DNA from: a candidate division WOR-3 bacterium UBA2258
GTDB lineage: Bacteria > Hydrothermota > Tepidihabitantia > Tepidihabitantales > Tepidihabitantaceae
Direction of reading: 5' to 3'
DNA: 64,000 nucleotides
Assembly: GCA_002347155.1 (NCBI GenBank)
Contig: DDXO01000025.1
Location: forward strand, 10,853 to 74,852
Below are positions 43,573 to 51,490 of this stretch, in pieces; positions within the stretch are counted from its first letter, which is position 1, and every line of letters starts with the position of its first letter. Below the pieces are notes generated by a model. That model was not told the origin of the DNA, made no database searches, and saw only the letters and a program-made list of their open reading frames with translations. Position numbers and translations under genes: made by a program.

Positions 43573-45054
43573 CTAGCCGACGCAACGTTCGAGTTCACGT
43601 GTCACACCTTCCAGACTCTCGACCGCTGTCTGACAATCTGGGTCTAGCTCGATGGCCCTCTGATAGAAGCGCTGAGCGCTGCGAAGGTGCTCAATGGTGA
43701 CCTCAGGCGCGGGTGGGTCCATCTCTGTCGGCACGTCCGCACCGAAGGCTCTGACCATCTTGTAGGTTGCCCGATGCACGTCAGCCGCGTTGGCAAGTAG
43801 CTCGTGCAAGTTGCCCTTCAATTCCCACCCTTCTGCGTCAGCAGGAGCCAGGCGAATCACCTCATCGGTTGTTCCCTCTGCCTCCTTGAATCGGCCAACC
43901 ATCATCTGCGCGAACCCCAACCCCTTCCAGACCTCGGGATTCTCGGGCGCCAGGGCAGTCGCTCTAGTAAGGCAGTTAAGCGCTTCCCTACCCCGTTCCA
44001 GACGCAGCAGAGCATCTCCCTTGACCAAGCATGCCTCTGGATCTTGCAGGCAGCACTCGCTCGCCAACGTTGAGAGCGCGCCTTCGTGGTCGCCTGTCAG
44101 TTCCTGGATTCTGCCCAGCTTGATCCTCAGGCTTCCATCGGTGGGGCGAAGCTCAATTGCGCGCGCATAGTGCGGCACCGCGTCTCTGAACCGCTTCCGC
44201 GCAACCTGGCAGTCACCCTTGGCCTGCAACGCCACTACCAGACTGGGGCACAACCGCAGCGCGTCATCGTAGCCGCGGATGGCGTCCTCGTGACGGTCCG
44301 CTCCTGCCAACCTATGTGCCCGATGGACGTGGGCCACGATGTACTCGGGGGCGATGGCAACTGCCTCATCGTACTTCTGAAGACTAGCGTCCTCTTGAGT
44401 CTTGTCGCCAGCCCTGCGCAGCGTCTCCGCCTTGTCCAGCTTCTCCCGCAAACAGGCTTCCTTCGCGTGATCGACGTGCGCGCGGTAGATGTCACCTCGC
44501 ACATGGCTCATCTCTGACGAGTACAGCGTGGAAAGGACATCAGAGTCTTTCAGGGACTTCCGTCTTCCTGGTTCGACTCCGGTGTCGTAGAAGAAAAAAA
44601 GCCTGTGAATAACGGCCATCTTCTGGGCCAGCAGTTCATGTACTTCCGGTGAGACTTCCGGATGGCGAAGCCTAGAGACCTCCGAGAGGGCTTCGTGCGG
44701 TGACATGCCCATGTCGACGCAGCGATCGTAGGTCCGCATCATCGCCCTGTAGTCACGCGCCGAGCTGAATGCACCGGCGACCATCGTGGCAAGAGCGACT
44801 AGACCAAAGCACAGGGCGCCAAGCACCACTCCCGCTAGTCCGAAGTACCACTTGACAGCCAGCAGGAACCCGATGCCAGCCATGAGGACAATGAGACTGG
44901 GTGTAAGGGACGGACCTCCAGAGGTCGCGGGTCGTTGGGCCGGGAACCTGAGGCGAACGTACGAGACTGAAGCGAGGACGATTCCAGTTGCCCAGAGTAC
45001 GACCGCGGGCACCAGCCAAATGGCGTCAATCCACCCCGGAAGACTTGGCTCCAT
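43573..45054 (-). CDS. Membrane-anchored TPR-repeat protein
   Basis: 493 aa. Three to four N-terminal TM helices are followed by multiple TPR-like repeats (AIELRPTDGSLRIKLG, ATALAPENPEVWKGLG, AIELDPDCQTA). Confidence 0.75.
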   Translation of the reverse strand: MEPSLPGWIDAIWLVPAVVLWATGIVLASVSYVRLRFPAQRPATSGGPSLTPSLIVLMAGIGFLLAVKWYFGLAGVVLGALCFGLVALATMVAGAFSSARDYRAMMRTYDRCVDMGMSPHEALSEVSRLRHPEVSPEVHELLAQKMAVIHRLFFFYDTGVEPGRRKSLKDSDVLSTLYSSEMSHVRGDIYRAHVDHAKEACLREKLDKAETLRRAGDKTQEDASLQKYDEAVAIAPEYIVAHVHRAHRLAGADRHEDAIRGYDDALRLCPSLVVALQAKGDCQVARKRFRDAVPHYARAIELRPTDGSLRIKLGRIQELTGDHEGALSTLASECCLQDPEACLVKGDALLRLERGREALNCLTRATALAPENPEVWKGLGFAQMMVGRFKEAEGTTDEVIRLAPADAEGWELKGNLHELLANAADVHRATYKMVRAFGADVPTEMDPPAPEVTIEHLRSAQRFYQRAIELDPDCQTAVESLEGVTRELERCVG

Positions 45055-45108
45055 CTAGTTCCACTCCCTCCGTGTCAACGTGGGCTGACGCTTGCTTTCA
45101 TCGCTCAC

Positions 45109-45136
45109 ATGGTAGCGGCCGGGGAAATCATGTCAA
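45109..45136 (-). promoter_or_regulatory. Island promoter cassette, copy 3
   Basis: TTGACA (45136-45131), 16 nt spacer, TACCAT (45114-45109) on the minus strand. Confidence 0.6.
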
Positions 45137-45164
45137 ACGCGCGGGCGTGCTGCGCAGGGCGTCG

Positions 45165-46334
45165 TCATTCGTCCGCCATGCGGCGGTAGCGTTCGAAGTC
45201 GTCCTGGTCGTGCTGAGGCTTGACTGTGAGGATGGCCTGCATGATGTCGGCGAGTTCGATGAACCGAGGCACGGTAACTGCGATGCGTGCCGCTTCTTTG
45301 ACCACAAGTTCAATCTCCGCGCAGGTGTAGTTCTCGGTCATCTGGGCACAGGCCAGCAGGTCGATCCTCAACTGCGGCCTGTCGTCGAGGTAAAGCCGGA
45401 ATAGCTCAACGCGGGCCTCGAGGTCAGGCGGGCCGACGTAGATCTTCTTGTCGAGTCTGCCCGGCCGTCGCGCGGCTTCGTCCACTTTGTTGGGCAGGTT
45501 GGTAGCGCCCACGACCAGTATTCGAGACTGCCCGGCGTTCTCCAGTTGCTTCAGGAACTCCGCCACCTCGGCCGCATAGTGGTACCACAGGTCAGTGCCG
45601 TTGCGGGCGGGTAGGAAGGTATCTATCTCATCAAGGAAGAGCAACGTGGGCGCTTTGTCGCGCGCCTCTTGGAACATCTTGCCGATGAGGCCCTGCGTGC
45701 CGTGAACGTAGGTACTGGCGATGTCCGACCCGCGCACCTCACGGAAGTTGAATCCGAGCCGTGCCGCCAGCTTGCGGGCGATGTAGGTCTTGCCGCAACC
45801 GGGCGGCCCGTACAGCAGGATTCCGTTGGGAAGGCCGATGCCGAACTGACGGTAGCGGTCCGGCTGGCGGATCGGCATGAGGACGTCGCGTTCGAGCATC
45901 CCCTTCAGTTCGTGCATCCCGGCCACGCCGGGCCACGCGTTTGCCGCATCAACGACATGTTCAGTGCCGCTGGGCGCGCTCGCGCCGGGCATGTTCAGGG
46001 TCTTCATCAACCACTCCTTTGTCACCATCGATTCGGGGTCGCCCGGGCTGAGTTCGGTCTCCAGGCATAGCCACGCCAGCGCCTCGGAATACCAGCCCCA
46101 TTCACGCAGCAACTGAATCCGCAGTGCCAGAGCGAGCCGCCGTTCGGCGGCGAACGTCGGGTCGTCGCGGAAGAGCGGCCAGCGCTGGTCCATCATCCGG
46201 TCAAGGAACCTGAGCGCCCCCCGCTTGCGGCCCCTGGCGAGTTGCTCCGCCAGCTTGCTTCTCCAATTGTCGGGTATCTGTCCATTCGATAGAGTGCGTG
46301 GAACCGGATGCCGGACGCTCGCCGTGCGCCGCAT
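45165..46334 (-). CDS. Classic-clade AAA+ ATPase (CDC48/FtsH-like module) with novel N-terminal domain
   Basis: Walker A GPPGCGKT, Walker B LLFLDEID, and second region of homology VVGATNLPNKVDEAARRPGRLD. ATG 46334 lies 1 nt after the TGA of the upstream gene. Confidence 0.85.
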   Translation of the reverse strand: MRRTASVRHPVPRTLSNGQIPDNWRSKLAEQLARGRKRGALRFLDRMMDQRWPLFRDDPTFAAERRLALALRIQLLREWGWYSEALAWLCLETELSPGDPESMVTKEWLMKTLNMPGASAPSGTEHVVDAANAWPGVAGMHELKGMLERDVLMPIRQPDRYRQFGIGLPNGILLYGPPGCGKTYIARKLAARLGFNFREVRGSDIASTYVHGTQGLIGKMFQEARDKAPTLLFLDEIDTFLPARNGTDLWYHYAAEVAEFLKQLENAGQSRILVVGATNLPNKVDEAARRPGRLDKKIYVGPPDLEARVELFRLYLDDRPQLRIDLLACAQMTENYTCAEIELVVKEAARIAVTVPRFIELADIMQAILTVKPQHDQDDFERYRRMADE

Positions 46335-46335
46335 G

Positions 46336-47391
46336 TCAATCGCCTGCGCGATGAGCCGGCGTTCGGGCTTCGGGGCTCTGATTGCCAATCATCTTGAATA
46401 TATCCAGTTGCCCTCGTGTCGAGGCGAGTTGCAGAATCTCGCCCACGTGCCCGACCGGCACAATCTTCATCGGCCAGTCCTGAAGGAACGGCTGTGCCTT
46501 CGCCTCGTCCGCGTTCTCGCTGGGGAGGAACACTTCCCGAATGCCACCGCGGGCGGCTGCGTGCAGACGCTGGGGGACATCGCCGACCGGCAACAGACGG
46601 CCGTCTGTGCTGACCCTGCCCGCTATCGCCGTGCCGCGTCGCAGCGGGACGCCGGTCAACGCCGAGACCAGGCCCACGGTAACCGCTGCCCCAAGCGTGT
46701 CGGACTGAACCGGTATGTCCCCAATCTCAGCAATGACGACAACGTCGGTCAGTTCCAGGGACGCGGCCGCGAACCCCAACTCTGAGACGTGTGCCCTGAC
46801 GTACGCAACAGCGGCGCCGACGCTCTCAGACATGACGCGTCCCACCGCACCGGTCGGAATGACTTCGCCCCTGCCGGTCATGGTAAGGGCTTCAATGCGC
46901 ACGGGCATGTCCACTCCGGCGGCCAGGCCCATGACCACGCCCACCTGAACCCGAGCTGCGGCCGGGATGTTCGCGACTTGCGCAGTCGTGGACAGAACCG
47001 GCACCGGCCGCTCGACCGCAGGGCCTCGCTGCTCGTCGAGATGCTCACGGACTTCTGGCGCTTCGGCCAACTGTGCCACAGATGCGGACGCCCCTTGGCT
47101 AATGAGCAAGCCGGGCGGCTTGGATTCAGGTGGATCAACCTCCCGGCGAATGAACAACGGGGCTTCATCCGCACGCGACCGCCCGGATAGGAAGACGGAC
47201 GAATCGGCGGCCATCGAAACGTCCCCGCCGAGGCGTACCCACCGGTCGACTTCGTCCCTACTGAACAACCAGAGCTTGCCCCTCTTGTGAGCGGGCAACC
47301 CGCGCTTGTCTATCCAGCGGTATACAGTGTAACGCTTGACGCCGAGATAGCCTGCAACGTCGTCGACCGAGAGCCATCGATGGTCAGCCAT
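46336..47391 (-). CDS. Excisionase-type HTH fused to a Lon-protease-like (S16) C-terminal domain with substituted catalytic dyad
   Basis: N-terminus LSVDDVAGYLGVKRYTVYRWIDKRGLPAHKRGKLWLFSRDEVDRWV (HTH_17-like). The C-terminus ...GAAVTVGLVSALTGVPLRRGTAIAGRVSTDGRLLPVGDV..LHAAARGGIREVFLPSEN aligns with the Lon proteolytic domain. Confidence 0.8.
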   Translation of the reverse strand: MADHRWLSVDDVAGYLGVKRYTVYRWIDKRGLPAHKRGKLWLFSRDEVDRWVRLGGDVSMAADSSVFLSGRSRADEAPLFIRREVDPPESKPPGLLISQGASASVAQLAEAPEVREHLDEQRGPAVERPVPVLSTTAQVANIPAAARVQVGVVMGLAAGVDMPVRIEALTMTGRGEVIPTGAVGRVMSESVGAAVAYVRAHVSELGFAAASLELTDVVVIAEIGDIPVQSDTLGAAVTVGLVSALTGVPLRRGTAIAGRVSTDGRLLPVGDVPQRLHAAARGGIREVFLPSENADEAKAQPFLQDWPMKIVPVGHVGEILQLASTRGQLDIFKMIGNQSPEARTPAHRAGD

Positions 47392-47463
47392 TGGCTATCA
47401 ACAACCAAGAAGCTCGCTGGCGTGTCGACGCAGTCGTGTCTTCATAGTTAAACATATGGCCTC

Positions 47464-47492
47464 ATGATAATATCATAGATACTTGATGTCAA
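47464..47492 (-). promoter_or_regulatory. Promoter with overlapping palindromic operator for the HTH-Lon-like/AAA+ pair
   Basis: On the minus strand: TTGACA (47492-47487), 17 nt spacer, TATCAT (47469-47464). The -10 is half of the perfect 13-bp palindrome ATGATAATATCAT (47464-47476), in an AT-rich spacer. Confidence 0.6.
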
Positions 47493-48703
47493 GCTTTGTT
47501 TATCTATATGCTATTTTGACTACTATACAGGCTGAACAGATTCAGAGTCCCATCGCTGTGATATCTTTACCGACGGCAGATGGCTATCGATGGGCAGACT
47601 GGTATGGGATCGAGCGTGTGATCGTTCGTGCGGCCTGACCTGCTCAGCCGGTCAGCTATCTCATGGCTGTGGAATATACTGACGACATGCCAGACTCACT
47701 GGAGACCGCAGATGCAGGCAGAGTCTCGTAACCTTTTGTTTTTCAGGTGTATACGTCACCAGCTAGAAGCCAATCAGCATTGGGCTTGGCCGAGAGTGGC
47801 ACTCTCGGGTTCACTGAGGAAACCAATGGGGGAGTGACCCCCGGGGTCGTCCCCGGAGTGGTTCGGGGATTGAATCGGCAACAGAATCGAAGAGCGACCT
47901 CTTGAGTGAGTCTAAGAGTCACTCTTGGAATGACTTAGGGACTGAATAGGCAACTGAATCAACCTATGAATCGTAGACTCAGGTCCCGAGCGAGTCGTAG
48001 AGTGAATCTGCAAGTCAATCGGCGGTTCAGTTTAGGAGTGAGTCTATGAGTCACCCATGGATCGAGTCGGGAATTGAGTTGCGGATTGAACCGTGGGATG
48101 AATTGTGGGCTGAATTGCCGAATGCCAATCATAGCGACGGTTCGGTTTCAGCTCGTGGTTTTGCTCCGCATGGTCCGTCGGATTCTGAGCCCGGTGTTTA
48201 GAGAAGCTCATGTAACCATTGCATCGCTGGCTCAAGTGCGTGCAATCGGTCGGCTGCTGGCCGTAGGCTGTCGGCTGTAAGCTGTCTTGGAACCTGCCGC
48301 CTTCGCCCAGGACCGCCCGCGCCGCGTCAGGAATCGACTGCTGCGTCTCCGGGAAATCGATTCTGTGATGCTGTGTCTTGCCATCGGCCGGAAACAGGGG
48401 CAGCGTTCCTCGTCGGTCCTTATCTATCTGGGTCCGATACGCCGCCTTGCCGGCGGGCTTCGGGGTGCCGTGCGTGTCATAACCTGCAAACGGCCATTGA
48501 GGCGAATGACGACCGAATAACGAAGTCCTGACTCCCAGTTGACTGCTGCCCATTCGCACCTCATTCGGCCCTCGTGCTTCGAGCTTCGTCATTTCCCGGG
48601 TTGGCTGCCGCATTGACATGCCGTCCGCGCCTGCTACCATCTTGGCGACGTGAGCGGCCGAGCCGACCCGGGTCGCCATCGGCTAGCTCAAGAGGAGAAA
48701 GTC

Positions 48704-49618
48704 ATGAAGCTCGAAAACCTGTCGCAGGGCCGGCTGAACACGACCCTGATGGGCGTGGTCAAAGCCGTGCTCGACTACTACCACCTGGTCTCAAGTGATG
48801 CGTGGGCGTTCGGCGGTTCCGGCCACGCATTCCTCATAAACATCCACGAGCAGATCTGCCCGAGCGGACCGTACTGCTGGAAGTACGATGGCTTCCAGAA
48901 GCTGCTCCGTAACCTGGGGCTGGAGATGACCGACCTCGGGTTCTACCACTCAGGGAGCGCGCCCGAGGAACGTGCCGCGGTCGAGCAGAAACTGAAGCAC
49001 GCCCTCGACTCAGGAATCCCCTGCTCGCTCGTGAACATGGAGCACCAGGTCATCTCCGGGTACGACGACAAGACCTTCTTCACGGGCCAACCGTGGGGTG
49101 ACTGCTGCGGCGGATTTCCGCCCGCGACCCTCACCTTCGGCTCCTGGCAGGAGATGAAGGACGAAGTACACGTGAACTTCTTCACGTTCGGCAAACTCAG
49201 GCCGGCAGACGACCGGACAGCAGTGCGGGACAGCCTCAGCTACGCGCTCGACCTGTTCCGACACCCGGAGCAGCACAGCCTTGAGCACTACGGCATCGGC
49301 CCGATTGCCTACGACAACTGGACCCGCGCCGTGGCCGAGCACGGCTCGTCCCACGGCAACTGGTGGAACGGAACCGTCTGGTCGGAATGTCGGGCCATGG
49401 CCTCCGGTTACTTCGCCGAGGTCGGACAGAAGCTCGGAGCCGTGGCCGGTCAGGCCGACGAGCTGAGCAGGGCATACAAGGAAATCGCCGACCTCTTGTC
49501 CAGGGCGGCAGACAAGTCGCTGGAGTCGACCGCGAAAGCGGCGCTCCTGACCGAGACGAAGGAGAAAGAAGCCAGGGCCGTCAACAGAGTCGAATCCCTG
49601 CTCGCGGCGCTGGCCTAG
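48704..49618 (+). CDS. Hypothetical protein
   Basis: ATG 48704 after AGAGGAGAAAG. 304 aa with no motif I can name. Confidence 0.65.
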   Translation: MKLENLSQGRLNTTLMGVVKAVLDYYHLVSSDAWAFGGSGHAFLINIHEQICPSGPYCWKYDGFQKLLRNLGLEMTDLGFYHSGSAPEERAAVEQKLKHALDSGIPCSLVNMEHQVISGYDDKTFFTGQPWGDCCGGFPPATLTFGSWQEMKDEVHVNFFTFGKLRPADDRTAVRDSLSYALDLFRHPEQHSLEHYGIGPIAYDNWTRAVAEHGSSHGNWWNGTVWSECRAMASGYFAEVGQKLGAVAGQADELSRAYKEIADLLSRAADKSLESTAKAALLTETKEKEARAVNRVESLLAALA

Positions 49619-49643
49619 AATCGGGACGGTCAGCGCGCCTCAT

Positions 49644-49671
49644 TTGACTCTCCGTTGACTTCCCTTAGAAT
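49644..49671 (+). promoter_or_regulatory. sigma70-type promoter of pepP (leaderless geometry)
   Basis: TTGACT, 16 nt spacer, TAGAAT, then 8 nt to ATG 49680. No SD. Confidence 0.6.
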
Positions 49672-49679
49672 ACGTTCTT

Positions 49680-50738
49680 ATGTCTAAGCGCATTGAGCGG
49701 TTACGCGGGCTGCTCCGCCGCGAGAAGCTGGACGGGCTCGTGGTCGTCAACCTGCCGAACATACGCTACCTGTGCGGCTACACCGGCTCGAACGGGTTGA
49801 TGCTTGTCACCCGCCGCGACGCCTGGTTCTACACCGACTTCCGCTATCAGGAGCAGGCCCGGACCGAGGTGAAGGGCTGCCGCAAGCGCGTCCTTACCCG
49901 CGACCTCGTCTCCCACCCGCCGCCGGAGTGGCTGCGGCCTTTCGGCCGCCTCGGCGTCGAGGAAAACCACGTGACGCTCAGCCGCTTCGCCCAGTTCCGG
50001 AAGCGCTTCCGCAAAGCCAGGCTGGTCAAAGCCGGGGACCTCGTGCTGGAGCTGCGCCGGACCAAGGAGCGGGCTGAGGTCGAGACGATTACCGCGGCTC
50101 AGCGGGTAACCGACCGCGTGTTCAGAGACGTGCTCAAGATGGTGAAGCCGGGCGTGCGGGAGCGCGACCTGGCCCTCGAAGTCGAATTCCAGTTCCGCAA
50201 ACACGGCGAGGTGGCGTTCGATTCCATCGTCGCGTCCGGTCCGAATGCGGCCAAGCCCCACGCCGGGTTCAGCGACCGAAAACTCAGGAGAGGGGATGCG
50301 CTCACCTTCGATATCGGCTGCCGGGTCCGCGGGTACTGCTCGGACATGACCCGGACGGTATTTGTCGGCAGGGCCCCGGCCGAGCTGCGGAGGGTCTACG
50401 AGATTGTCCACGAGGCCCAACGCCGCGCCCTCGACACCATCAAGCCGGGCGCATCGGCCAGGACCGTGGATGCCGCAGCCCGCGACTACATCAGCGAGCA
50501 GGACTTCGGCGAGCAGTTCGGCCACAGCCTGGGCCACGGCGTGGGCATCGAGGTCCACGAACTGCCGGCGCTGGCCGCTACCGGCAAGGATACACTCGCG
50601 CCCGGCGACGTAGTCACGGTCGAGCCCGGCATCTACCTGCCGGGTACCGGCGGCGTCCGCATCGAAGACATGGTGCACATCACGAGAACCGGTTACACCA
50701 ACCTGACCCGGAGTCCGAAGCGGCTCATCGAGCTCTAG
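49680..50738 (+). CDS. pepP: Xaa-Pro aminopeptidase (M24B family)
   Basis: Creatinase-like N-domain plus the M24 metal ligand pattern (FDSIVASGPNAAKPH, DIGCRVRGYCSDMTRT, GHSLGHGVGIEVHE, VEPGIY, RIED). Confidence 0.88.
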   Translation: MSKRIERLRGLLRREKLDGLVVVNLPNIRYLCGYTGSNGLMLVTRRDAWFYTDFRYQEQARTEVKGCRKRVLTRDLVSHPPPEWLRPFGRLGVEENHVTLSRFAQFRKRFRKARLVKAGDLVLELRRTKERAEVETITAAQRVTDRVFRDVLKMVKPGVRERDLALEVEFQFRKHGEVAFDSIVASGPNAAKPHAGFSDRKLRRGDALTFDIGCRVRGYCSDMTRTVFVGRAPAELRRVYEIVHEAQRRALDTIKPGASARTVDAAARDYISEQDFGEQFGHSLGHGVGIEVHELPALAATGKDTLAPGDVVTVEPGIYLPGTGGVRIEDMVHITRTGYTNLTRSPKRLIEL

Positions 50739-50771
50739 CCGGGTCCGGTCTGACCAAGAACAGGATGTAGG

Positions 50772-51329
50772 ATGATTACCCCCAACGAATTCAAGTCCGG
50801 AGTGCTCATCAAGTTCAAGGACGGCATCTACCAGGTCATTTCCTACTCGCGCAGTCGTACCGCGCAGCGCCGCGCCCGGGTCCTGGCCAAGCTCCGTAAC
50901 ATCAAGACCGGAGTACAGATTGAGGAGAGCTTCGAATCCGAGGCGAAGTTCGAAGAGGTCGAGATGGAGCGGAAGAAAGCGCAGTACCTCTACCACGACC
51001 ACGTCGGGTACCATTTCATGGATACGTCCAGCTACGAGCAGTTCGCCCTGACCGAGGAGCAGCTCGGCGACAGCGCGCTCTACCTGAGCGACGGCCTCGA
51101 AATCGACGTCTCCTACATGGAGGGCCAGCCGGTCAGCGTCGAGCCTCCGATGTTTATTGTGCTCGAAGTCGCCGAGACCGAGCCGAATTTCCGCGGGGAC
51201 ACTGCGACCGGCGGCGGCAAGCCGGCCAAGCTCGCCACCGGCCTCTCAGTAAGCGTGCCGTTCTTCGTGAAGACCGGAGACAAGGTGAGAATCGACACCC
51301 GGACCAACACGTATGTCGAGCGCGCCTAG
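50772..51329 (+). CDS. efp: Elongation factor P
   Basis: 185 aa. Typical EF-P three-domain sequence ending ...GDKVRIDTRTNTYVERA. Confidence 0.93.
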   Translation: MITPNEFKSGVLIKFKDGIYQVISYSRSRTAQRRARVLAKLRNIKTGVQIEESFESEAKFEEVEMERKKAQYLYHDHVGYHFMDTSSYEQFALTEEQLGDSALYLSDGLEIDVSYMEGQPVSVEPPMFIVLEVAETEPNFRGDTATGGGKPAKLATGLSVSVPFFVKTGDKVRIDTRTNTYVERA

Positions 51330-51490
51330 AGGCGTGGCCCGCAAATGACAAGGCTCGAAGCTCGCACTGTCGGACAGGGACCGCTGAGGTCAATGCCGAT
51401 TGAAGCCCGCATCGGCAACGACCAATTGTGGATTCGGACTTCGTCATTCAATCGTCATTCGTCATTCGGACTTCGAGCTTCCTCCTAGCC

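Noticed and set aside
48044-48679. 211-aa minus-strand ORF at the island boundary.
   Set aside because: It reads through a heptad array (48550-48597) and the tandem-repeat tract (48044-48120). It has no SD and no recognisable domain. A short decayed gene fragment cannot be excluded.
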